Positions 19,833 to 29,647 of a stretch of DNA of 64,000 bases are shown here, in pieces. The notes below the pieces were generated by a model. It worked only from the letters and a program-made list of their open reading frames with translations, did not search any database and was not told where the DNA came from. Position 1 is the first letter of the stretch; each line of letters begins with the position of its first letter. Origin of the DNA: Spirochaetota bacterium (GTDB lineage: Bacteria > Spirochaetota > UBA12135 > COTS27 > CBDBHE01); contig CBDBHE010000008.1 in the NCBI GenBank assembly GCA_965205605.1, forward strand, positions 40,695-104,694, read 5' to 3'. A program made the position numbers and the translations under genes.

Positions 19833-22139
19833 TTACTTAGAAACGACTTCTTTTTCACTTAGTCTAACATTACAAGCATGACAGGCTTCGATAAAAAGCT
19901 GTGCTTCGTGAATACGTTGAAAAGCTTTTTCTTGATCGAAAGCTTCATTTTTATTTTTATGAAAAGAAAAGTAATAATTAGCGAATTTATTCCCTGCAAA
20001 AGGATCTTGAAAAAAGTTAGTATCAATAAATCGAGTTTTAAATTCACTGACAACTTGATCATCGTGATCAGAAACATCAATGTCATAACTCTTAACTAAA
20101 GCTTGTGCTGCCAGCTTCATAGACTCATAAGCCATCATTCCTGCTTCTTGATAAGATTGCTGGTCAAGTTTAATTTGAGCATCAAAAATTTGTCTTTCTG
20201 CTTTTTGAAGTTCAAAGTCAGTCAGAGAAACAATTTCTCCAGCACATTCTCCAACTCCCTTATCAGAAACAGAATACTCTCTTACATCAGACCAATCAAC
20301 ATAATAAGATTTATTTTCCTCATATTCAGGGACTTGTGTTAAATAATCTAAATGTTTTTTAAGGTGTAATTTCCCAACTCTTTGAACATAATCTCGAAAG
20401 CTTTCATGACGATCTTTTTTTTCATTTAAATACAAATCAGTGATTTGTTTGACAACTTGTGGAATTGCTTTTGAAGGAAAAGCCATCACACTAAGTCCAT
20501 AATCACTAATATTTGATTTTTGTTCACCTCCTAAAAGCATTTGAAAGTGAGGAACCACATAACCATTTTTTTTTCTACTAATGCCAAAAAAACCAATATC
20601 TGCTATGTGGTGTTGAGCACAAGAATTAAAACAACCACTAATTTTTATTGAAAGACTTTTAATCGAATCATCCATCATAGCCATCTCCCTAGAAAGAGAG
20701 CTTGAAAGCTCAGAAGCAACTCCTCTAGAAGAAGCCGTACCCAGTTTACATGTGTCCGTTCCAGGACAAGCGGTAATGTCAACGATAGTTTTAAAAAAAG
20801 GTTTCGCTAAAGATTTTGCTTTAAGATATTTATAAATTTCAGGCAAGTCTTTTATAGATACCCATTGAATCAAAAGATTTTGATCCACAGTGGTGTACGC
20901 TAAAATAGTTGGATACTTTCGTAAAAGATCTGCAAGAAAACGCATCTGTAAAGCACTTAAATCACCTAAAGGAGAGTAAATAATAAGGTTCACAAATCCT
21001 TTTTGCTTTTGTTCTTTTACATTAAACTGTAACCACTGATTATAATTGCTATCACTTGTATTTTTAGACAATAAATGATGTTCTTGTTTGACTTCTTTAA
21101 TGGCTAAATCTTTTTGAGTCTTTGTTTTAAGATCTTCTAGAAAAGTAGCCCATTTAGAATCAGGAGATAATTTTTTCTTTTCTTTTAAAACTTCTTCTTT
21201 AAATTTATCAATTCCGAAATCATTAATTAAAAACTTAATACGAGCTCTTGACCTAATTTTTTTTTCTCCATAACGAGCATAAACTCGACAAATGGCCTGT
21301 ATGGTAGAAAAAATATCTTGTTGAACAACAAAATCATCAAAGAGTTTTGCCTTAAAAGGTATCGTTCCCAAACCACCCCCTACCCACACTTCAAAACCTT
21401 GTTTAATCTCTTTGTCTGTTTTTTTTTCTTTAGCAATCAAACCCAAGTCATGAATATTTGCAAGAGCACAAGGATGATCTTTACAACCAGAAAGAGCTAT
21501 TTTAAATTTTCTACCAAAATTTTGAACATCAGGATGACCCAATAAAAAATTAAATATTGCTTCTGCATAAGGGATCGTATTAAAAGCTTCTGTTTTACAA
21601 GTGCCCGAATAAGGACAAGCCGTAACATTACGAACCGAATTACCACAAGCTTCCTTTGTTGTAATCCCTACCTCACCAAGACGCCGATACATAGAAGGTG
21701 TATTTTCAATATGAATAAAATGCAACTGAATATCTTGCCTTGTGGTGATATGAGAAATCCCATCAGAATATTCCTCTGAAAGATCAGCGAAAAGATCCAT
21801 TTGTTTAGCATTAATAGCTCCATAAGGCAACTTAATTCTTTGCATTCCAGGAGCATCCCAAAGAGTCGTTGGGCCTTTTGTCAAATCTCTAGGATAGTTA
21901 ATTTGCCTGTCTTGCTTACCATCATTTCTTTTGCCATTATCATAACGCTGACCATAAGCTCCCATACGAAGACGTATTTCTGCAAAAAGCTTCTCATCTG
22001 TTTTCCCTTCTTTTTTAAACTCTAAATCTTTTTCATAATCATCAATAAATTTTTTATATTTAGAGTCTATCTTATCAGCTGTTTTTTCTTTCCAAAACTC
22101 GCCCGAATCATTTTTATTTGCTACTGTTTCTTTCATCAA
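19833..22139 (-). CDS. sir: Ferredoxin-dependent sulfite/nitrite reductase (siroheme/4Fe-4S, NirA/Sir family) with C-terminal extension
   Basis: Cys clusters CGNSVRNVTACP and TACPGTDTC...SGCFNSC (C-x5-C...C-x3-C siroheme/Fe-S ligands); 768 aa, about 160 aa longer than typical. Confidence 0.8.
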   Translation of the reverse strand: MMKETVANKNDSGEFWKEKTADKIDSKYKKFIDDYEKDLEFKKEGKTDEKLFAEIRLRMGAYGQRYDNGKRNDGKQDRQINYPRDLTKGPTTLWDAPGMQRIKLPYGAINAKQMDLFADLSEEYSDGISHITTRQDIQLHFIHIENTPSMYRRLGEVGITTKEACGNSVRNVTACPYSGTCKTEAFNTIPYAEAIFNFLLGHPDVQNFGRKFKIALSGCKDHPCALANIHDLGLIAKEKKTDKEIKQGFEVWVGGGLGTIPFKAKLFDDFVVQQDIFSTIQAICRVYARYGEKKIRSRARIKFLINDFGIDKFKEEVLKEKKKLSPDSKWATFLEDLKTKTQKDLAIKEVKQEHHLLSKNTSDSNYNQWLQFNVKEQKQKGFVNLIIYSPLGDLSALQMRFLADLLRKYPTILAYTTVDQNLLIQWVSIKDLPEIYKYLKAKSLAKPFFKTIVDITACPGTDTCKLGTASSRGVASELSSSLSREMAMMDDSIKSLSIKISGCFNSCAQHHIADIGFFGISRKKNGYVVPHFQMLLGGEQKSNISDYGLSVMAFPSKAIPQVVKQITDLYLNEKKDRHESFRDYVQRVGKLHLKKHLDYLTQVPEYEENKSYYVDWSDVREYSVSDKGVGECAGEIVSLTDFELQKAERQIFDAQIKLDQQSYQEAGMMAYESMKLAAQALVKSYDIDVSDHDDQVVSEFKTRFIDTNFFQDPFAGNKFANYYFSFHKNKNEAFDQEKAFQRIHEAQLFIEACHACNVRLSEKEVVSK

Positions 22140-22222
22140 TATTACTTCCTAAGTAAAAGTTAAATCAAAAATTTAATTATTTTATCATAAAAAGAAAAGA
22201 CTTTCTAATAAAACTAATTTGT

Positions 22223-23236
22223 TTAAAAGGTTAAACTTTTTTCTCGATTTTTTTTATCTAAAACATTTTTATAAAAATTAAAATATTTTAAAGCAATTTT
22301 TTCATGAGAAAAATTGCTTTCTACCCAATTTCGACAAGCTTTTGGTTTAATTTTATTTAAAAAATTAATTTTTTCAACCATCTGTTCTTCTGAAAAACAA
22401 ACAAAACCAGAAACTTGATCTTTTACCACTTCTTTCATAGCTCCATTATTTAAAACAAGACTTGCTGTCCCACAAGCATTGGCTTCAGCAGGGGCTAACC
22501 CAAAAGGTTCAAGCCATTTTGTTGGGTACAAAAGAGCTTTTGCTTTTCCTAAAAGTTGTCCTTTTTTTTCTCCCCAAACTTCACCTTCATAAGAAACAAA
22601 AGAAGGTAGCATTAATTGCTTGAAAAATGACAATCCATTCCCACAAATAATCAATTGATGACCACTCTTTTTTGCAACTCTCATTGCGATATCCAATCCT
22701 TTTACTTTCCAATTAAGTTTTGCCATGAAAATTAAATAATTTTCTTTTTTGGAAATAAAGGGAAACTCACTTAAATTAATAGGGTTATAAATCACCGTAA
22801 AATCTTGTTTTAAACCTAATGTTTCATAATTTTTTTTTTGAGAATGACTAATAAAAACAAGTGAAGCATTTTGAGGAAGTTTTTCTTGGTAACCATGAAT
22901 CGTGCTTACAATAGGAACATTAGGAAAACAAGACACAGCATCTTCTATCCAATGTCCATGACCATGGATGAGGTCAATTTTATGAGATTTTATTTTATGA
23001 GCAATATCTTTAAAATAATTGAGATAATCTTTTTTTTTTGCTCCTCTTTTAGCTTTTATTGCCGTTTCTATGACTTTCATTCCATCAAAAGTGTCACTTC
23101 CTTTCACTCCTGAAATAAAAATATTTTTTATATGTTTTTTAAGCCCTAATGCTAAATTACAACACACTCTTTGTGAGCCTCCATACCCCAAAGGAGGGAT
23201 TGGCATTGAAATTGGAGACACCATAAGAACCTTCAT
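22223..23236 (-). CDS. Glycosyltransferase (GT-B fold, family 1/4-like)
   Basis: 337 aa; N-terminal MKVLMVSPISMPIPPLGYGGSQR and C-terminal E-x7-E-like region typical of GT4 enzymes. Confidence 0.65.
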   Translation of the reverse strand: MKVLMVSPISMPIPPLGYGGSQRVCCNLALGLKKHIKNIFISGVKGSDTFDGMKVIETAIKAKRGAKKKDYLNYFKDIAHKIKSHKIDLIHGHGHWIEDAVSCFPNVPIVSTIHGYQEKLPQNASLVFISHSQKKNYETLGLKQDFTVIYNPINLSEFPFISKKENYLIFMAKLNWKVKGLDIAMRVAKKSGHQLIICGNGLSFFKQLMLPSFVSYEGEVWGEKKGQLLGKAKALLYPTKWLEPFGLAPAEANACGTASLVLNNGAMKEVVKDQVSGFVCFSEEQMVEKINFLNKIKPKACRNWVESNFSHEKIALKYFNFYKNVLDKKNREKSLTF

Positions 23237-23239
23237 TTC

Positions 23240-24595
23240 TTAATCAATTGCTTTTTTTTGACTTCTTAAAAGAAAAGCATAAATAACATAAATAGATAAA
23301 ATAGAAAAATGAGCATGTTGAAAATTAGAATCTGTAAACCCATTTCCTAAAAACATCATTAAACCCAATAAAAAACCTAATGGATAAGAGTTTTGACTTT
23401 TTTGGAAAAATTTTAAATAAGTCCACCCCACTATAAACAACATTAAGTAATAAGTAAAAAATCCAATAAAGCCTATTTGAGCCCAAAGACCTATAAAATC
23501 ATTATGAGGAAGCTCAACTTTTAATTGATAAAAATTGTTAAAATAACCATCAAGAATCGGAAATTTTTTCATAGGTTGATAATTCTCTACCATATAGTCA
23601 ATAAATGAACACATTCCAACTCCCGTCAAAGGGTATTCTTTTATCATTTGCAGCCCATGTTTTATCCAAAAAACTCGATCTAACGTTTGAGGATCTAACT
23701 TAGTTAAATCTTTTGTTACAATACTAAAATATACTTTCTGAAGTCTTCCTTTAAAAATTGTTTTATCACTTGTAGAAATAAAAATAAAAAAAACAATACT
23801 TAATAAAAAAAAACTTCCTAAAATTTTTTTCTTATGTTTTTTTAAAAAGAAAAAACTTATAAAAATAAGGAACAAAAACCAAATTATTAGAGTTCTTGCC
23901 CAAGTTAAAATAAAAGTAATTAAAAACAGTAAAATTAAAACTAAAAACAAAAAATGTTTTTTGTTTTTAGAAGAAAAATAATTACCTCCTATTAAAGAAA
24001 AAAAACAAACAAAAATCATCTGAGATAAAAAAGAAGCTAAAGCAATAAAATGATGTATCGATCTTAATCGACTATCATGATAGTTAAAACCTAGAAAACG
24101 AAGTAATAATCCTTTCAGAAATAAAAAATCAATTAGCCCAATAAGACAATTAATCGCTAAGCCTAGTATCCCAACAAAAACTAGTTTTTTAAAAAAGAAA
24201 ATCTTTTTTTGAAAAAGAAAAAAATAACCTAAAACACCTACTAAAGGGAAAAAAAAACCTGTCCATAATTTCGACATTCTACTGAAATAAATATCTGGTC
24301 TTAAGTTTGTTTTTCGGTAAAAATAAGAAAACAATATCCAGCACATTAAAAAACAAACGACTAAAAAAAACTTATCGAAATATTTTACTAATTGAGTCCG
24401 TTTTTCTTTAAAAAACAAAGCAACAAACAAAACTAAAAGACACCCATAAGTCCCCAGTTCTTGTAAAGATCTGGAAAGAAAAATACCAAAAAATAAAGTA
24501 TAACAAAAAAAACAGCCCAAATGATTTAATAAAGAATCTATTTGCCCTTTTTTTAAAAAAACAAACGGAAAAAAAAATAATCTTAATTTTGACAT
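23240..24595 (-). CDS. O-antigen ligase (WaaL)-like polytopic membrane protein
   Basis: 451 aa, about 10-12 predicted TM helices with a periplasmic loop; sits within the glycosyltransferase cluster. Confidence 0.55.
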   Translation of the reverse strand: MSKLRLFFFPFVFLKKGQIDSLLNHLGCFFCYTLFFGIFLSRSLQELGTYGCLLVLFVALFFKEKRTQLVKYFDKFFLVVCFLMCWILFSYFYRKTNLRPDIYFSRMSKLWTGFFFPLVGVLGYFFLFQKKIFFFKKLVFVGILGLAINCLIGLIDFLFLKGLLLRFLGFNYHDSRLRSIHHFIALASFLSQMIFVCFFSLIGGNYFSSKNKKHFLFLVLILLFLITFILTWARTLIIWFLFLIFISFFFLKKHKKKILGSFFLLSIVFFIFISTSDKTIFKGRLQKVYFSIVTKDLTKLDPQTLDRVFWIKHGLQMIKEYPLTGVGMCSFIDYMVENYQPMKKFPILDGYFNNFYQLKVELPHNDFIGLWAQIGFIGFFTYYLMLFIVGWTYLKFFQKSQNSYPLGFLLGLMMFLGNGFTDSNFQHAHFSILSIYVIYAFLLRSQKKAID

Positions 24596-24621
24596 CTTTT
24601 AAAAAACAAACCTCTAATCAT

Positions 24622-25761
24622 TTACTTTAAAATAGTTTCAATAATTTTACGAACATTCTCTACTTTAATTTTTTCCATACATCCTCCCTGAGCACAAGCA
24701 TACTCAAAGCCTAAAGACAAACAAGGCGAACACCAAAAAGAGCTTTTTAAATTATAAACATTTTTTTTTTTACTCAAAGCTCCCCACCTTGTAGTTGCCG
24801 TAGGTCCATTTAAAGCAATTGTGTTAATTCCTATTGTAGCACCTAAATGCATTATACCTGTATTAACAGTGATTAGTAATTTTGCTCGACTTAAAAGAAA
24901 GGCTGCCTCTTCCCATTTTAAAATCCCCACAAAAGAAATGATCTTATTTTCGTCTTCTTCTTCTTTTTCCAAAAGACTTTTGATAAACAAATTTGTTTTT
25001 TCTGCATCATCTTTGCCTCCAGTAATACAAATAAAATAATTTTTTTGTATTAAAAAATCTTTGATTTCTTCCCAAAAAGAAACAGGCCACTGTTTAAAAT
25101 GTGCTTTTTGTCCACTGGCAAATGGATTAAAAACAACTATTTTTTTATTAACAATTTGATTAGCATTTTTAAATTTTTTATAAGAATTTTGATTTAATTG
25201 AGGTAAGTATTTTTCTGTTTGTAGACCCATTAAATGAAGTAAGCTTCGATAATTGTCCATTTCATGCACCGTGTCTTTATGCACAATATAACGATCATAA
25301 ACATAATGACGAAACATATTTTTTCGTCTAAAACCTATTTTAAATTGAGCTCTAGAAAAAAAAGTTAAAACCGAATTAATTTTAGGCCAAGCAGCAAAAT
25401 CAATTAATAAATCATACCGCTCACTTCTTCTAATTTTCATAAGGGAAGAAAAAGGATGCGAAAAATCAAATACTAAAAATTGATCGATTCCTTTTAAAAG
25501 AGGAAATATGCCTTGATTACTATTGGTGCCTAAAAAAGCAATTTGAGATTTAGGAAAATGATTTTTAAGCTCAAGAGCAATCGCTGAAAGCAAAATAGCA
25601 TCCCCTACTGCTCCTGTTTTAATAAAAAGAATTTTACTATTTTTTCTTAAAACAATCGATTTTTTTTTAATCCTAAAAAAACCTAAAAAAAAAACTAAAG
25701 GAATCGCAAAATAACGATCTACTAATTTAAGTAATCGATTTCCTCTTTCTTTTAACATCAA
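24622..25761 (-). CDS. ADP-heptose:LPS heptosyltransferase family (GT9)
   Basis: GAVGDAILLSAIALELKNHFP N-terminal GT9 motif; 379 aa. Confidence 0.7.
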   Translation of the reverse strand: MMLKERGNRLLKLVDRYFAIPLVFFLGFFRIKKKSIVLRKNSKILFIKTGAVGDAILLSAIALELKNHFPKSQIAFLGTNSNQGIFPLLKGIDQFLVFDFSHPFSSLMKIRRSERYDLLIDFAAWPKINSVLTFFSRAQFKIGFRRKNMFRHYVYDRYIVHKDTVHEMDNYRSLLHLMGLQTEKYLPQLNQNSYKKFKNANQIVNKKIVVFNPFASGQKAHFKQWPVSFWEEIKDFLIQKNYFICITGGKDDAEKTNLFIKSLLEKEEEDENKIISFVGILKWEEAAFLLSRAKLLITVNTGIMHLGATIGINTIALNGPTATTRWGALSKKKNVYNLKSSFWCSPCLSLGFEYACAQGGCMEKIKVENVRKIIETILK

Positions 25762-25765
25762 TGGA

Positions 25766-26860
25766 TTAGCTAGCCTTCTTGTTTAAAATCAAATCACAAG
25801 TTTTGCTTACTTGCTTCACAGTAATACTTTGCATACAAATAGGATTTTTACATCCTTTAAATTTTCCTTGATAACACGGACTACAAGTTATTTTAGATTC
25901 TAAAATTATACTGTTATGTGATAAAGGAGCTTTTTCTTTAGGATCAGTTGGTCCAAAAATAGAAATAATAGGGACATCCATACTTGCTGCAAGGTGCATC
26001 CCTCCTGTATCTCCTGTGAGAAATACATGAGCTTCTTTTAAAAAAAAGCTAAATTCTTTTAAAGAAAGTTTCGCACAAAGATTAATCATTTTTGCTTTAG
26101 AAGATTGTTTCAAAACAGAATTTTTAATTTCCTCACAAAGACTTTCATCAGCTTTTCCTCCAACAAGAAAAAAAATTTCCTTTTCATCAGAAGGCTTCTT
26201 TAATCGATCACAAATAAAATCGATATACATTTCTTTTGGCCATCTTCTAACCGTGACTGATTCTCCTGGATTACTGCCTCCACCAGGATTAATAAAAATG
26301 TTCTTTTCTTTTTTTTTCAAAAAATAAGCTTTTTTAATTTGTTTCAAGGTTTTATTAAAAGAAGTCTGACCTGTAAAAAAATCTAATTTTTTACTCTCTT
26401 TTACAAAATTAGTAGAATCAACTAAACGTAAAAACTCTTTAATATGATGTTCTCTGTCTTGAAAAAAATCCTTTAAAAATAAAGGGATTTTTAAAAAAGA
26501 AACCCATTTTATAAAAGAGATTTTTTTTCCCTTTATAAGAGAAAAAAACAAATAAAGTAATTTATTTCGATGAAAAAAATAAATACACTCATATTTATTT
26601 TGATAAAGTTTCCAAAAAAGCTTTGCTAAAAGGCTCAGCTTTCTTTCATAAAATAAAGCATCATCAACAACAATTATTTGATCAATTAAAGGATTGTTTT
26701 CTAAAACTTGATGCGACCAATTACCAACCAAATAATGAATCGTGCTTTTAGGGTGTGTTTTTTTTATCAAACGAAGCGCTGGTGTTGTCATTAAAACATC
26801 ACCAATAGCTCCTAGCTTAATAATAAGAATTTTCGCCTTTTTAGTAGGCATTTTTATCAA
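25766..26860 (-). CDS. ADP-heptose:LPS heptosyltransferase family (GT9)
   Basis: ILIIKLGAIGDVLMTTPALRLIKKTHP N-terminal GT9 motif and C-terminal GDTGGMHLAASMDVP; 364 aa. Confidence 0.75.
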   Translation of the reverse strand: MIKMPTKKAKILIIKLGAIGDVLMTTPALRLIKKTHPKSTIHYLVGNWSHQVLENNPLIDQIIVVDDALFYERKLSLLAKLFWKLYQNKYECIYFFHRNKLLYLFFSLIKGKKISFIKWVSFLKIPLFLKDFFQDREHHIKEFLRLVDSTNFVKESKKLDFFTGQTSFNKTLKQIKKAYFLKKKEKNIFINPGGGSNPGESVTVRRWPKEMYIDFICDRLKKPSDEKEIFFLVGGKADESLCEEIKNSVLKQSSKAKMINLCAKLSLKEFSFFLKEAHVFLTGDTGGMHLAASMDVPIISIFGPTDPKEKAPLSHNSIILESKITCSPCYQGKFKGCKNPICMQSITVKQVSKTCDLILNKKAS

Positions 26861-28244
26861 AAAAAACTTTGTAAGCTGTATTTAAAATAATTTTTATATC
26901 AAAAAGCAAAGTCCAGTTATCAATATAGTAAACATCAAACTCAATTCTTTTTTCAATTGATGTGTTTCCGCGCAATCCATTAATTTGAGCCCACCCTGTA
27001 ATCCCTGACTTCATTTTATGTCTTAACATGTACCTAGGAACTACAAGTTTGAACTGTTCAATAAAATAAGGCCTCTCGGGTCTAGGGCCAACAACAGACA
27101 TTTGACCAAGTAAAACATTAAAAAATTGCGGAATTTCATCTAAAGAAGTTTTTCTTAAAAATTTCCCTAATTTTGTTGCTCGTTTTTCCCCTATTTTAGA
27201 CCAAATAGGCCCTGTTTTTGTTTCAAAATTTACTGGCATCGTACGAAATTTAATAATCTTAAATACTTTATTATCAAGCCCTGCTCTTTTTTGTAAATAA
27301 AAAATAGAGCCTCTAGAATCAAATTTAATTAAAATAGCAATTAAAATAAACAAAGGAGAAAAAGAAATTAAAAACAAAATAGAAAAAATAATATCAAAAG
27401 TTCTTTTTGAAAATTGATCCCACCCATACATAGGACTATCGACTAAACTAATAACCGGCACTCCTCCAATATTACTGATATCACTATTAAGCAACATATC
27501 ATACTGATAAATATCAGGAACAAACATCACTGAAACCGAACATCGCTTCAACGTATTTAAAATACTTGTAAGTCGACTATAGTAACCCCAATCAAGACTA
27601 ATAAAAACATGATTAATTTGATACTTTTTTAAAACTTCTTCTAAGCGATTAATAGAACCAATTAATTGAAAATTTTTATTTATTTTCTTTGAAGGATTAT
27701 CTAAAAAACCAACCACTCGGTACCCAAACCAAAACTCTTCTTTTAGCTTTTGACTAATTTTCATTCCAACAGCACCTGCTCCAATAATTAAAACATTTTT
27801 AGTATTAATTCCTTTTTTTCTTAAATAACGTAGTAATCGCCTAAAAAAAAAACGAGAAGAAGTTAAAAGAATAACACTAATCATCCAAAAATAAACAATA
27901 ATAATTCTTGAATACCCAGGTCCTTTTTTCATTAAAAAAATAAAAATAATAAACAAACTTAAAGCAATACTCACCCCTTTAAAAACTTTAGGAGCTTCAA
28001 AAATAACCCAAGCCCCTCTTTTGATTTTATACAAATCAAAAAGCATAAACACACTAATACAAACAGGAATAAAAATATACATCATTTGAAAATAAATTTC
28101 TTTAGAGGGAAACCCATAAATTAAAGGAAGCCAATTTTTAGTTTGAATTCTAAGTTGATAAGATAAATAAATACTAGAAAGTAAAAGAAAAGAATCAACT
28201 AAAATAAGTAAAAAAGTATAAGGGTGAAAATATTTTTTAAACAA
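26841..28244 (-). CDS. Undecaprenyl-phosphate sugar phosphotransferase (WbaP/WcaJ-like priming glycosyltransferase)
   Basis: N-terminal TM helices, central Rossmann-like domain, C-terminal bacterial sugar-transferase motif SLDEIPQFFNVLLGQMSVVGPRPE; 467 aa. Confidence 0.8.
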   Translation of the reverse strand: MFKKYFHPYTFLLILVDSFLLLSSIYLSYQLRIQTKNWLPLIYGFPSKEIYFQMMYIFIPVCISVFMLFDLYKIKRGAWVIFEAPKVFKGVSIALSLFIIFIFLMKKGPGYSRIIIVYFWMISVILLTSSRFFFRRLLRYLRKKGINTKNVLIIGAGAVGMKISQKLKEEFWFGYRVVGFLDNPSKKINKNFQLIGSINRLEEVLKKYQINHVFISLDWGYYSRLTSILNTLKRCSVSVMFVPDIYQYDMLLNSDISNIGGVPVISLVDSPMYGWDQFSKRTFDIIFSILFLISFSPLFILIAILIKFDSRGSIFYLQKRAGLDNKVFKIIKFRTMPVNFETKTGPIWSKIGEKRATKLGKFLRKTSLDEIPQFFNVLLGQMSVVGPRPERPYFIEQFKLVVPRYMLRHKMKSGITGWAQINGLRGNTSIEKRIEFDVYYIDNWTLLFDIKIILNTAYKVFFDKNAY

Positions 28245-28413
28245 AAAAGCCTCTAAAAGTTTCTTTTAACGTCTATTTTATAATGAAATAAATGATTTTT
28301 TGGCTTAGATTAAGTAAAATGAAAAATTATAAGATATTAGTTTTTTTTTCAAAATAGTTTTTTATTAATTTTTTAATGTTAGAATGACAAAATAAAATTT
28401 ATAGGATTAGTCA

Positions 28414-28752
28414 ATGGAAGCAAGTTCTATTAGTAAAAATACAATTGTAGAAGGACGAATTGAAACAACCGATCTTTTAAAAATTGATGGCACCTTTAAA
28501 GGTGAAAACATTAAAACAAATAAAATTATCGCAGGCAAAGACGCTATTATTGAAGCAAATATTCAAGTTGAAAACATCTCAATTGCAGGAAAAATAATTG
28601 GGAATATTGTAGCAAGTAAAAGTGTTGATATTAGTCAAATAGGTAGTGTGGTTGGAAACATTACATCTCCTATCTTAAACATGGCACCTGGATGTAAATT
28701 CAAAGGAAATTGTACTATTACAGTAGATGAAAACAAATCAAATGACGATTAA
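28414..28752 (+). CDS. Bactofilin (polymer-forming cytoskeletal protein)
   Basis: 112-aa ORF with beta-helical repeat pattern IVEGRIETTDLLKIDGTFKGENIKTNKIIAGKDAIIEANIQVENISIAGKIIGNIVASKSVDI characteristic of bactofilin (DUF583). Confidence 0.7.
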   Translation: MEASSISKNTIVEGRIETTDLLKIDGTFKGENIKTNKIIAGKDAIIEANIQVENISIAGKIIGNIVASKSVDISQIGSVVGNITSPILNMAPGCKFKGNCTITVDENKSNDD

Positions 28753-28773
28753 ATAAAAAATAATTTTATTTAA

Positions 28774-29022
28774 TTAAAGACGGCAATTCTTAATATTTAA
28801 CTCTAAAATTCCTGTTGCTCCTATTGTTTCTAACAAATCAATCATCTCAAATACTTTATCTTTAAGAACTAAAGCTCGAATAGAAAGTAAGTCTTCATCA
28901 TCTAAAGGCAAAACAGTTGGTGAGTTATAACCAGGTGTAATTTTCTCAACTATTTTTAATTTTTCTTTAGGAATATTATACTCCAACATGCTATAAGAAC
29001 GAGCAATTAAAATCCCTTCCAA
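28774..29022 (-). CDS. hisG: ATP phosphoribosyltransferase HisG, C-terminal regulatory domain; out of frame with the upstream catalytic portion
   Basis: 82-aa ORF YNIPKEKLKIVEKITPGYNSPTVLPLDDEDLL...ETIGATGILELNIKN aligns with the E. coli HisG C-terminus ([23 protein letters not shown]...LGASSILVLPIEK). Frame changes at an A8 run. Confidence 0.7.
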   Translation of the reverse strand: MEGILIARSYSMLEYNIPKEKLKIVEKITPGYNSPTVLPLDDEDLLSIRALVLKDKVFEMIDLLETIGATGILELNIKNCRL

Positions 29023-29642
29023 TTTTTTTTAAAATGCAAAATTTCTTTTTTATTTGCCATTTCTTTTGTCGTAAATAAACTACATTCATAACTCTCCAAA
29101 GGTTCAATAACTTTAAGATGATTGCTTTTTAAACTATCACCTGTTTCAACTAAATCAACAATGAAATCACAAACCCCAAGAGCAATCATAATTTCAACAC
29201 TTCCACTCATAGGAATAATAGAAACTTTTATTTTTTTTTCTTTAAAATAATTGGCTGTTAAATTTGGAAAAGAAGTTGCAACTATTTTTCCAGATAATTG
29301 AGAAATCTCTCGGTAAATAAAGTCTTTTTTAGTGATAATAGCTAGTTTACAGATTCCATAATTAAGTTTTAAGAGATTTTGTAATACTCCCACTTTATAT
29401 TCAACTACAAGGTCTTCGCCTGTAATACCAAGGTCAATGGCCTCTTTGCTAATTAAAGTAGGAATATCAGCAGCTCTTACAAAGATAAACTCAATTTCTG
29501 CATTCAAACAAGTCGCATACAAGGCCTTATTTCGCAATCGAAAAATATACCCCGCTTCTTTTAAAATAAAAACACTGGGCTCAAAAAGTCTTCCTTTTTT
29601 AGGAATTCCAATTTTTAATTTTGAAGGATCCAAAAAACTCAT
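29007..29642 (-). CDS. hisG: ATP phosphoribosyltransferase HisG, catalytic portion; terminates at a frameshift
   Basis: 211-aa ORF MSFLDPSKLKIGIPKKGRLFE... with HisG catalytic-domain features; stop falls 3 codons after the A8 tract at 29023-29030. Confidence 0.75.
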   Translation of the reverse strand: MSFLDPSKLKIGIPKKGRLFEPSVFILKEAGYIFRLRNKALYATCLNAEIEFIFVRAADIPTLISKEAIDLGITGEDLVVEYKVGVLQNLLKLNYGICKLAIITKKDFIYREISQLSGKIVATSFPNLTANYFKEKKIKVSIIPMSGSVEIMIALGVCDFIVDLVETGDSLKSNHLKVIEPLESYECSLFTTKEMANKKEILHFKKNWKGF

Positions 29643-29647
29643 TGAAA

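Noticed and set aside
19859-22025. Several 60-80 aa ORFs on both strands within the sulfite reductase gene
   Set aside because: They are nested in a gene with strong Cys-cluster motifs; low-complexity translations; classic shadow ORFs.
22830-23040. A10 tracts in the glycosyltransferase gene as phase-variation switches
   Set aside because: A/T homopolymers of 9-11 are abundant throughout this genome (Lys-Lys-Lys coding), so they are not specific evidence of contingency loci; only the tracts coinciding with actual frame breaks are reported.
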